From positions 1,054,001-1,118,000 of the forward strand of contig NC_086108.1 in assembly GCF_963921235.1 (NCBI RefSeq): a stretch of 64,000 nt of DNA, read 5' to 3'. The stretch comes from Mobula hypostoma. Lineage: Eukaryota. Position 1 is the stretch's first letter; each line of letters starts with the position of its first letter. The position numbers and the translations under genes are program-made. The notes below the pieces were generated by a model. The model did no database searches, was not told the DNA's origin, and saw only the letters and a program-made list of their open reading frames with translations. This document shows, in pieces, positions 1 to 9,439 of this stretch.

Positions 1-550
1 ATTGAAGGGGGAAGTTGAGAGCTTGGGGGAGTGAGAGCAGGGAGAGGAGAGCTCTCAAGATGGAGAGGAGAGCAAGAGAGGAGGGAGTGCTCTCGGGATG
101 AGAGGAGGGAAAGATTGAAGAGGGTATTTGAAAGGAGGGCAAGGAGGTTGAAAGGGGGAATTGAGAGCTCGGGAAGGGTGAGGAGGGCAAAGATGCTGAA
201 GGGGTGATTGATGATTGGAAGCTCAGGGTCGGAAGTGGAGGGCAAGGAGGTTGAAGAGGAATTCGAGAACTCAGGGGAGTGAGAAGTGGGCAAGGACATT
301 GAAGGGGAATTTGAGAATGGGAGGGAGAGTAGGACATGTAAGTTGAAGGGGGGATTTGAGGGCTCAGGAGAGGGAGAGGATGGTGAGGGGGTTGAGGGGG
401 AATTCGATAACTCAGGTGAGACAGAGGAGGGTGAGGATATTGAAGAGGGCACTTCAGGACTCATGGGAGGGAGGGAAGGCTAAGGAGGTGGAGGGGTATT
501 CAAGAACTCAGGGGAGGGAGAGGAAGGCAAGAAGGTTGAAAGTGGAGATT
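1..550. repeat. Degenerate ~48-bp purine-rich minisatellite
   Basis: Motif TTGAAGGGG(G)AATT..AGAACTCAGGGGAG..GAGGAGGGCAAGGAGG recurs at about 149, 197, 251, 299, 343, 392, 440, 489 and 536, mostly 47-49 bp apart. Confidence 0.75.
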
Positions 551-589
551 TGATAGATCAGGAGATGAAGTGCCATTGCTATTACAAAG

Positions 590-2400
590 GAAAAAGAGCT
601 GGCAAACTGAAAGGTCTTAAGGTGGATAAGTCGCCTGGGCCAGGTGGACTATATCCCAGACTACTGAGAGAGGAAGCTGAAGAGATAACGGATTCATTGG
701 TCATGATCTTTCTAGGTTTAATTGATTATGGAATGGTCCCGGAGGACTGGAAGATAGCAAATGTCACTCCACTCTTTAATGAAGAAAGAAGGCACAAGAA
801 AGAAAATTATAGGCCAGATAGCCTAACCTCAATGGTTGGGAAAGTGTTGGAGTCTATTATTAAGGATGAAGTTTTGAGGTACTTGTGTGGGCACATGGCC
901 AAGTGGTTAAGGCATTCGACTAGTGATATGAAGGTCGTGAGTTCGAGCCCCAGCCGAGGGAACGTGTTGTGTCCTTGAGCAAGGCACTTGATCACACAGT
1001 GCTCTGCGACGACACTGGTGCCAAGCTGTATGGGTCCTAATGCCCTTCCCTTGGACAACATTGGTGTCGTGGAGAGGAGAGACTTGCAGCATGGACAACT
1101 GCCGGTCTTCCATATAACCTTGCCCAGGCCTGTGCCCTGGAGAGTGAAGACTTTCCAGGCGCAGATCCACGGTCTCGCAAGACTAACGGATGCCTTTATT
1201 TATTTATGAGGTACTTAGACACTAATGATAAATGAAGTCAAAGTTGGCATGGTTTCTGTAAAGGGAAATCTTGCCTAAGAAATCTGTTAGAGTTCGAGGA
1301 AGTAACAAGCCGGGTGGACAAAGGAGAGGCAGTGAATGTCATTTTCTTGGAGTTTATGAAGGCATTTGATGAGGTGCCATGCGTGAGGCTGCTTAACAAG
1401 ATAAAATCCAATGGCATTACAGGAAAGTTACAGACATTGGTAGTAGATTAGTTGATAAGCAGAAGGTAGCAAGTGGAGTAAACGGGATCTTTTCTGGTTG
1501 GCAGCTGGTGACTAGTGGTATTCCTCAGGGGTCAGTATTGGGACCGCTGCTTTACACATTGTTTGTCAATGATTTAGATAATGGAACGGATGCTTTGTGG
1601 CAAAATTTGTGGATGAAAGGAAGATGGGTAGTGTTGAGGAAGCAAGTGATTGCAGCAGGACTTAGACAAATTGGAAGAATGGGAGAAAAAGCAGTGGATG
1701 GAATACAGTGTTGTGACAAGTATGATAATGCATTTTGGTAAAAGGAGCAATAGTGCAGACTATTATCTAAATAGAGAAAGGTTCAAACAAGAGAAGTGTA
1801 AAGGGACTTAGGAGTCCTTGTGCAAGACCCCTAGAAAGCCAGAAAAACAGAGGGCTATGCTAGGGGAAATTCTAGGCAGTTTCTAGAGTAGGTTACATGG
1901 TCGGCACAACATCGTGGGCCGAAGGGCCTGTAATGTGCTGTAGATTTCTATATTCCATGTTCTATGTTCTATGGTTAAGAGAGAGAGTGGTAAAGAGGCA
2001 AATGCAATGTTGGCATTTATTTCAAGGGGAACAGAGTATAAAAACAATGAGATAATGTTGAGCCTTTATTTGACATGAGTCAGGCTGCACTTGGAAAATT
2101 GTCAACAGTTTTGGGTCCCATATCACAGAAAGGATGTGTTGTCATCGGACAGAGTCCAGAGAAGGTTCCCAAGGATGATTCTGGGAATGAAGGGGTTAAC
2201 ATATGAGTAGTGTTTGGCAGCTTTGGGCCTGTACTCACTGGAATTTAGAAGAATTTGTGGAGTTCTCATTGAAACCTACCGAATGTTGAAAGGACTAGAT
2301 AGGGTGGATGTGGAGAGGACGTTTGCTATGGTTGAGTATGCAGAACTAGAGGGCACAGCCTCAAAATTGAGGAGTAACCTTTTAGAACAGAAAAAGGTGG
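590..2400 (+). mobile_element. Degenerate CR1 LINE ORF2 fragment, interrupted by a SINE and a short CR1 tail
   Basis: Broken ORFs with CR1 motifs [36 protein letters not shown] and LGLYSLEFRR. Confidence 0.9.
885..1206 (+). mobile_element. tRNA-derived SINE with a CORE-like middle, inserted in CR1
   Basis: A-box TGGCCAAGTGG (896-906), B-box GTTCGAGCC (941-949), MIR/CORE-like GTGTCCTTGAGCAAGGCACTT, (TTTA)n tail. Perfect 10-bp TSD TGAGGTACTT at 875-884 and 1207-1216. Confidence 0.9.
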
Positions 2401-2407
2401 AATTTTA

Positions 2408-3793
2408 TAACCATATAACAATTACAGCATGGAAACAGGCCATCTCAGCCCTTCTAGTCCGTGCTGAATACATATTCTCACCTAGTCCCATCTACCTGCA
2501 CTCAGCCCATAACCCTCCATTCCTTTCCTGTCCATATACCTATCCAATTTTTTTTTAAATGACAAAATCGAAGCTGCCTGTACCACTTCTACAGGAAGCT
2601 CATTCCACACAGCTACCACTCTCTGAGCAAAGAAGTACCCCTTCATATTACCCTTAAACTTTTGCCCCTTAACTCTCAACTCATGTCCTCTTGTTTGAAT
2701 CTCCCCAACTCTCAATGGAAAAAGCCAATCCACGTCAACTCTATCTATCCCCCTCATAATTTTAAATACCTCTATCAATTCTCCCCTCAGCCTTCTACGC
2801 TCCAAAGAATAAAGACCCAAATTGTTCAACCTTTCTCTTGTAACTTACGTGCTGAAACCCCGGTAACATTCTAGTAAATATCCTCTGTACTCTCTCTATT
2901 TTGTTGACATCTTTCCTATAATTCGGTGACCAGAACAGTACACAATACTCCAAATTTGGCCTCACCGATGCCTTGTACAATTTTAACATTACATCCCAAC
3001 TCCTATACTCAATGCTCTGATTTATAAAGGCCAGCATACCAAAAGCTTTCTTCACCACCCTATCCACATGAGATTCCACCTTCAGGGAACTATACACCAT
3101 TATTCCTAGATCCCTCTGTTCTACTGCATTCTTCAATACCCTACCATTTACCATGTATGTCCTATTTTGATTAGTCCTACCAAAATGTAGCACCTCACAT
3201 TTATCAGCATTAAACTCCATCTGCCATCTTTCAGCCCACTCTTCTAACTGGCCTAAATCTCTCTGCAAGCTTTGAAAACCTACTTCATTATCCACAACGC
3301 CACCTATCTTAGTATCATCTGCATATTTACTAATCCAATTTACCACCCCATCATCCAGATCATTAATGTATATGACAAACAACATTGGACCCAGTACAGA
3401 TCTCTAAGGCATACCACTAGTCACCGGCCTCCAACCTGACAAACAGTTATCCACCACTACTCTCTGGCATCTCCCATCCAGCCACTGTTGAATCCATTCT
3501 ACTACTTCAATATTAATACCTAACAATTGAACCTTCCTAACTAACCTTGCGTGTGGAACCTTGTCAAAGGCCTTACTGAAGTCCATATAGACAACATCCA
3601 CCACTTCACCATCATCAATTTTCCTAGTAGCCTCTTCAAAAAACTCAATAAGCACAAATCCATGTTGACTGTCCCTAATCAGACCCTGTCTATCCAGATA
3701 ATTATATATAACATCTCTAAGAATACTTTCCATTAATTTACCCACCACTGACGTCAAACTTTCAGGCCGATAATTGCCAGGTTTACTCTTAGA
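2408..3793 (-). mobile_element. CR1 LINE family B, 3' part (continues at 7919-8392)
   Basis: Minus-strand ORFs with YADD, PQG region and WNELP. 3' UTR with TTATATGG tail at ~2410. Reading resumes after the element at 3803-7918. Confidence 0.92.
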
Positions 3794-3849
3794 ACTCTTA
3801 GAGGCGAGGAAGGTTTGGCATTCATTTTCTGTTGTTATTTGAGGAGAGT

Positions 3850-4785
3850 ATGAGTGTGAGGGCAGTTTGCTGTTCTCGGTGTCGGATGTGGGAGGCCCTG
3901 GAGTCTCCAAGCCTCCCGGACGTCTACATCTGCACCAAGTGCATCGAGATGCAGCTCCTAAGGGACCGCGTTACAGAACTGGAGCTGCAGCTCGATGACC
4001 TTCGTCTGGTCAGGGAGAGTGAGGAGTTGATAGAGAGGAGTAGCAGGCAGGTGGTCACACCGGGGCCACGGGAGGCAGACAAGTGGGTCACGGTTAGGAG
4101 GGGGAAGGGGAAGATTCAGGTAATAGGGAGTACCCCGGTGGCTGTGCCCCTTAACAATAGGTACTCCTGTTTGAGTACTGTTGGGGGGGACAGCTTACCC
4201 AGGGGAAGCGACAGTGGCCGTGCCTCCGGCACAGAGTCTGGCCCTGCAGCTCAGAAGGGTAGGGCAAGGAAGAGGAGGGCAGTTGTGATAGGGGACTCGA
4301 TAGTAAGGGGGTCAGATAGGCGATTCTGTGGACACAGTCCAGAGACCCGGATGGTAGTTTGCCTCCCTGGTGCCAGGGTCCGGGATATTTCTGATCGTGT
4401 CCCAGATATCCTGAAGTGGGAGGGTGAGGAGCCAGAGGTCGTGGTACATATAGGTACCAATGACATAGGTAGGAAAAGGGATGAGGTCCTGAAAGGAGAA
4501 TATAGGGAGCTAGGAAGGGAGTTGAGAAAAAGGACCGCAAAGGTAGTAATCTCGGGATTACTGCCTGTGCCACGCGACAGTGAGAGTAGGAATGCGATGA
4601 GGTGGAGGATAAATGCGTGGCTGAGGGATTGGAGCAGGGGGCAGGGAATCAAGTTTTTGGATCATTGGGACCTCTTTTGGCGCAGGCGTGACCTGTACAA
4701 AAAGGACGGGTTACACTTGAATCCTAGGGGGACCAATATCCTGGCAGGGAGATTAGCGGGGGCTACTGAGGTGACTTTAAACTAG
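3850..4785 (+). CDS. CR1 ORF1p: zinc finger, coiled coil and SGNH/GDSL esterase domain
   Basis: ATG at 3850. CSRC...CTKC, heptad LRDRVTELELQLDDL, SGNH blocks IGDSIVR, HIGTND and DGLH. Confidence 0.93.
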   Translation: MSVRAVCCSRCRMWEALESPSLPDVYICTKCIEMQLLRDRVTELELQLDDLRLVRESEELIERSSRQVVTPGPREADKWVTVRRGKGKIQVIGSTPVAVPLNNRYSCLSTVGGDSLPRGSDSGRASGTESGPAAQKGRARKRRAVVIGDSIVRGSDRRFCGHSPETRMVVCLPGARVRDISDRVPDILKWEGEEPEVVVHIGTNDIGRKRDEVLKGEYRELGRELRKRTAKVVISGLLPVPRDSESRNAMRWRINAWLRDWSRGQGIKFLDHWDLFWRRRDLYKKDGLHLNPRGTNILAGRLAGATEVTLN

Positions 4786-7682
4786 AGTGGTTGGGGGGTG
4801 GGAATCAAATTAAAGAGGCTAGGCGAGAGGAGGTTAGTTCACAACAGAGGGATGGGAACCAGTGCAGAGAGACAGAGGGGTGTAAAGTGAGGGTAGAAAC
4901 AAAAAGTACTAAGGAGAAAAGTAAAAGTGGCAGGCCGACAAATCCAGGGCAAGCATTAAAAAGGGCCACTTTTCAGCATAATTGTATAAGGGCTAAGAGA
5001 GTTGTAAAAGAGCGCCTGAAGGCTTTGTGTGTCAATGCAAGGAGCATTCGTAACAAGGTGGATGAATTGAAAGTGCAGATTGTTATTAATGATTATGATA
5101 TAGTTGGGATCACAGAGACATGGCTCCAGGGTGACCAGGGATGGGAGCTCAACGTTCAGGGATATTCAATATTCAGGAGGGATAGACATGAAGGAAGGGG
5201 AGGTGGGCTGGCGTTGCTGGTTAAAGAAGAGATTAACGCAATAGAAAGGAAGGACATAAGCCGGGAAGATGTGGAATCGATATGGGTAGAGCTGCGTAAC
5301 ACTAAGGGGCAGAAGACGCTGGTGGGAGTTGTGTACAGGCCACCTGACAGTAGTAGTGAGGTCGGAGATGGTATTAAACAGGAAATTAGAAATGTGTGCA
5401 ATAAAGGAACAGCAGTTATAATGGGTGACTTCAATCTACATGTAGATTGGGTGAACCAAATTGGTAAAGGTGCTGAGGAAGAGGATTTCTTGGAATGTAT
5501 GCCGGATGGTTTTTTAAACCAACATGTCGAGGAACCAACTAGAGAGCAGGCTATTCTGGACTGGGTTTTGAGCAATGAAGAAGGGTTAATTAGTGATCTT
5601 GTCGTGAGAGGCCCCTTGGGTAAGAGTGACCATAATATGGTGGAATTCTTCATTAAGATGGAGAGTGACATAGTTAATTCAGAAACAAAGGTTCTGAACT
5701 TAAAGAGGGGTAACTTTGAAGGTATGAGACGTGAATTAGCTAAGATAGACTGGCAAATGACACTTAAAGGATTGACGGTGGATATGCAATGGCAAGCATT
5801 TAAAGGTTGCATGGATGAACTACAACAATTGTTCATCCCAGTTTGGCAAAAGAATAAATCAAGGAAGGTAGTGCACCCGTGGCTGACAAGAGAAATTAGG
5901 GATAGTATCAATTCCAAAGAAGTAGCATACAAATTAGCCAGAGAAAGTGGGTCACCTGAGGACTGGGAGAAATTCAGAGTTCAGCAGAGGAGGACAAAGG
6001 GCTTAATTAGGAAGGGGAAAAAAGATTATGAGAGAAAACTGGCAGAGAACATAAAAACGGACTGTAAAAGTTTTTATAGATATGTAAAAAGGAAAAGACT
6101 GGTAAAGACAAATGTAGGTCCCCTGCAGACAGAAACAGGTGAATTGATTATGGGGAGCAAAGACATGGCAGACCAATTGAATAATTACTTTGGTTCTGTC
6201 TTCACTAAGGAGGATATAAATAATCTTCCAGAAATAGTAGGGGACAGAGGGTCCAGTGAGATGGAGGAACTGAGCGAAATACATGTTAGTAGGGAAGTGG
6301 TGTTAGGTAAATTGAAGGGATTGAAGGCAGATAAATCCCCAGGGCCAGATGGTCTGCATCCTAGAGTGCTTAAGGAAGTAGCCCAAGAAATAGTGGATGC
6401 ATTAGTGATAATTTTTCAAAACTCGTTAGATTCTGGACTAGTTCCTGAGGATTGGAGGGTGGCTAATGTAACCCCATTTTTTAAAAAAGGAGGGAGAGAG
6501 AAACCGGGGAATTATAGACCGGTTAGCCTAACGTCGGTGGTGGGGAAACTGCTGGAGTCAGTTATCAAGGATGTGATAACAGCACATTTGGAAAGCGGTG
6601 AAATGATCGGACAAAGTCAGCATGGATTTGTGAAAGGAAAATCATGTCTGCCGAATCTCATAGAATTTTTTGAGCATGTAACTAGTAGAGTGGATAGGGG
6701 AGAACCAGTGGATGTGGTATATTTGGATTTTCAAAAGGCTTTTGACAAGGTCCCACACAGGAGATTAGTGTGCAAACTTAAAGCACACAGTATTGGGGGT
6801 AAGGTATTGGTGTGGGTGGAGAATTGGTTAGCAGACAGGAAGCAAAGAGTGGGAATAAACGGGACCTTTTCAGAATGGCAGGCGGTGACTAGTGGGGTAC
6901 CGCAAGGCTCAGTGCTGGGACCCCAGTTGTTTACAATATATATTAATGACTTGGATGAGGGAATTAAATGCAGCATCTCCAAGTTTGCGGATGACACGAA
7001 GCTGGGCGGCAGTGTTAGCAGTGAGGAGGATGCTAAGAGGATGCAGGGTGACTTGGATAGGTTGGGTGAGTGGGCAAATTCATGGCAGATGCAATTTAAT
7101 GTGGATAAATGTGAAGTTATCCACTTTGGTGGCAAAAATAGGAAAACAGATTATTATCTGAATGGTGGCCGATTAGGAAAGGGGGAGGTGCAACGAGACC
7201 TGGGTGTCATTATACACCAGTCATTGAAAGTGGGCATGCAGGTACAGCAGGCGGTGAAAAAGGTGAATGGTATGCTGGCATTTATAGCGAGAGGATTCGA
7301 GTACAGGAGCAGGGAGGTACTATTGCAGTTGTACAAGGCCTTGGTGGGACCACACCTGGAGTATTGTGTGCAGTTTTGGTCCCCTAATCTGAGGAAAGAC
7401 ATCCTTGCCATAGAGGGAGTACAAAGAAGGTTCACCAGATTGATTCCTGGGATGGCAGGACTTTCATATGAAGAAAGACTGGATGAACTGGGCTTGTACT
7501 CGTTGGAATTTAGAAGATTGAGGGGGCATCTGATTGAAACGTATAAAATCCTAAAGGGATTGGACAGGCTAGATGCAGGAAGATTGTTCCCGATCTTGGG
7601 GAAGTCCAGAACGAGGGGCCACAGTTTGAGGATAGAGGGGAAGCCTTTTTGGACTGAGATTAGGAAAAACTTCTTCACATAG
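4776..7682 (+). CDS. CR1 ORF2p (APE endonuclease and reverse transcriptase), ending at a premature TAG
   Basis: Motifs [28 protein letters not shown] and FADD. Frame is open from 4770. TAG at 7680-7682 is CAG in copy 2, which encodes 45 further residues. The start given is the proposed frameshift site. Confidence 0.9.
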   Translation, partial: FKLEWLGGGNQIKEARREEVSSQQRDGNQCRETEGCKVRVETKSTKEKSKSGRPTNPGQALKRATFQHNCIRAKRVVKERLKALCVNARSIRNKVDELKVQIVINDYDIVGITETWLQGDQGWELNVQGYSIFRRDRHEGRGGGLALLVKEEINAIERKDISREDVESIWVELRNTKGQKTLVGVVYRPPDSSSEVGDGIKQEIRNVCNKGTAVIMGDFNLHVDWVNQIGKGAEEEDFLECMPDGFLNQHVEEPTREQAILDWVLSNEEGLISDLVVRGPLGKSDHNMVEFFIKMESDIVNSETKVLNLKRGNFEGMRRELAKIDWQMTLKGLTVDMQWQAFKGCMDELQQLFIPVWQKNKSRKVVHPWLTREIRDSINSKEVAYKLARESGSPEDWEKFRVQQRRTKGLIRKGKKDYERKLAENIKTDCKSFYRYVKRKRLVKTNVGPLQTETGELIMGSKDMADQLNNYFGSVFTKEDINNLPEIVGDRGSSEMEELSEIHVSREVVLGKLKGLKADKSPGPDGLHPRVLKEVAQEIVDALVIIFQNSLDSGLVPEDWRVANVTPFFKKGGREKPGNYRPVSLTSVVGKLLESVIKDVITAHLESGEMIGQSQHGFVKGKSCLPNLIEFFEHVTSRVDRGEPVDVVYLDFQKAFDKVPHRRLVCKLKAHSIGGKVLVWVENWLADRKQRVGINGTFSEWQAVTSGVPQGSVLGPQLFTIYINDLDEGIKCSISKFADDTKLGGSVSSEEDAKRMQGDLDRLGEWANSWQMQFNVDKCEVIHFGGKNRKTDYYLNGGRLGKGEVQRDLGVIIHQSLKVGMQVQQAVKKVNGMLAFIARGFEYRSREVLLQLYKALVGPHLEYCVQFWSPNLRKDILAIEGVQRRFTRLIPGMAGLSYEERLDELGLYSLEFRRLRGHLIETYKILKGLDRLDAGRLFPILGKSRTRGHSLRIEGKPFWTEIRKNFFT

Positions 7683-7918
7683 AGAGTGGTGAATCTGTGG
7701 AATTCTCTGCCACAGGAAACAGTTGAGGCCAGTTCATTGGCTATATTTAAGAGGGAGTTAGATATGGCCCTTGTGGCTACGGGGATCAGAGGGTATGGAG
7801 GGAAGGCTGGGTGGGGTTCTGAGTTGGATGATCAGCCATGATCATAATAAATGGCAGTGCGGGCTCGAAGGGCCGAATGGCCTACTCCTGCACCTACTTT
7901 CTATGTTTCTATGTTTCT

Positions 7919-8392
7919 AACCCTTTTTAAACAATAGAACCACATGAGCAATATGCCAATCCTCCAGCACCATCCCCGTTTCTAATGACATTTGAAATAT
8001 TTCTGTCAGAGCCCCTGCTATTTCTACTCTGACGAGGGAATATTCTGTCAGGACCCGGAGACTTATCCACTTTTATATTCCTTTAAGGCGCCAGTACTTC
8101 CTCTTCTTTAATCATCATACTTTCCATAACTACCCTACTTTTTTCCCTTACCTTACACAATTCAATATCCTTCTCCTTAGTGAATACCGAAGAAAAGAAA
8201 TTGTTCAAAATCTCCCCCATCTCTTTTGGCTCTGCATATAGTCGTCCACTCTGATTCTCTATGGGACCAATTTTATCCCTCACTATCCTTTTTCTTTTAA
8301 TATAACTGTAGAAACCCTTTGGATTTATTTTCACTTTACTTGCCAAAGCAATCTCATATCTTCTTTTAGTTTTTCTAATTTCTTTCTTAAGA
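7919..8392 (-). mobile_element. CR1 family B, 5' continuation of 2408-3793
   Basis: ORF 8083-8397 (NPKGFYSYIK, FSSVFT) is the endonuclease-RT linker, collinear with the segment left of 3793. Confidence 0.88.
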
Positions 8393-8727
8393 CACACTTT
8401 TGGTCCCTCTTCCCTCCAGGAGAAGGCTCAGGAGCTTGAAGACTCGTACGGCCAGATTTGAGAACAGCTTCTTTCCAACTGTGATAAGACTGCTGAACGG
8501 ATCCTGACCCGGATCTGGGCCGTACCCTTCAAATATCCAGACCTGCCTCTCGGGTTTTTTGCACTACCTTACTTTCCATTTTTCTGTTTTCTATTTATGA
8601 TTTATAATTTAATTTTTAATATTTACTATCGATTTGTAATCAAGGGAGCGGGAAGCGCAGAATCAAATATCGCTTTGATGATTGTACGTTCTAGTATCAA
8701 TTGTTTGGCGACAATAAAGTATAAAGA
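8393..8727 (+). mobile_element. Rex1/Babar-like LINE 3' fragment
   Basis: Encodes PSRRRLRSLKTRTARFENSFFPTVIRLLN, a Rex1-type C-terminus, followed by a 3' UTR ending in AATAAAG. Confidence 0.7.
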
Positions 8728-9078
8728 TTCTTCTTACATTCTTTATATTGTCTGCAGTAATGAATTCCACAGATTCACCACTCTCTGATGAAAGAAATTC
8801 CTCCTCATCTCTGTTCTAAATGAATGTCCCTCTATTCTGATTCTGCGCCCTCTGATCTTTGATCCTCCCACCATAGGAAACACCCTCTCCATACCACTCT
8901 ATCCAAGCCCCATATTATTCAGTAGGTTTCAATGAGAATCCCTCTCATTCTTCTAAACCCCAGTGAGTACAGGCCCAGAGCCATCAAACACTTCTCATAG
9001 GTTAACCCTTCATTGCTGGGCTCATTCTCATGAACCTCTTCTGAACCCTCTCCAATATCAGCCCATCCTTTCCTAAAT
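8728..9078 (-). mobile_element. Degenerate CR1 3' ORF2 fragment
   Basis: LGLYSLGFRRMRG in ORF 8919-9104. Confidence 0.8.
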
Positions 9079-9438
9079 ATCATCATTACCACGTGCCCTG
9101 TCATGTGACGTGGGCAATTTCTGTCTTTCCATTACCATGATTGTTCTTGGCAAATTTTTCTCCAAAAGTGGTTTTCCATTCCCTTCTTCTGGGCAGTGTC
9201 TGTACATGAGAAGTGACCCCAGGCATTATCAATATCCTTCAGAGATCAATACTCTTCAGAACTTGTGATATGCACCAACTCTTCCTATGACCATCCACCA
9301 CCTGCTCCCATGACTTCATGTGACCCTGATTGGAGGGAGGGGTGGGTTAAGCAGGTGCTACACCTTGCCCAAGGGTGACCTGCAGGCTAGCGGAGGGAAG
9401 GAGAACCTTACATCTCCTTTGGGAGAGCTGTATCTCCC
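9079..9438 (-). mobile_element. SINE-like element with CORE-like segment and RTE-like tail
   Basis: Minus strand reads GTCACCCTTGGGCAAGG, then GAAGGGAATGGAAAACCACTT (resembles RTE 3' tails), ending in (GAT)n. Confidence 0.55.
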
Positions 9439-9439
9439 G

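Larger units (their letters stand above)
3803..7918 (+). mobile_element. Near-full-length CR1 LINE family A, copy 1
   Basis: ORF1, ORF2, 3' UTR hairpin (GGCC GAAT GGCC) and (TTTCTATG)n tail. Only ~47 bp of 5' UTR. Nested in the family B element. Confidence 0.97.

Noticed and set aside
885..960. tRNA gene
   Set aside because: It is the head of a SINE, continuing into a body, tail and TSD.
3404..3910. 168-aa minus-strand ORF
   Set aside because: It is a fusion of antisense family A sequence with the family B RT segment at the insertion junction.
5156..7678. Antisense ORFs over CR1 ORF2 (258, 134 and 174 aa, mirrored in copy 2)
   Set aside because: These are shadow ORFs of a coding strand. 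They recur only because the copies are near-identical.
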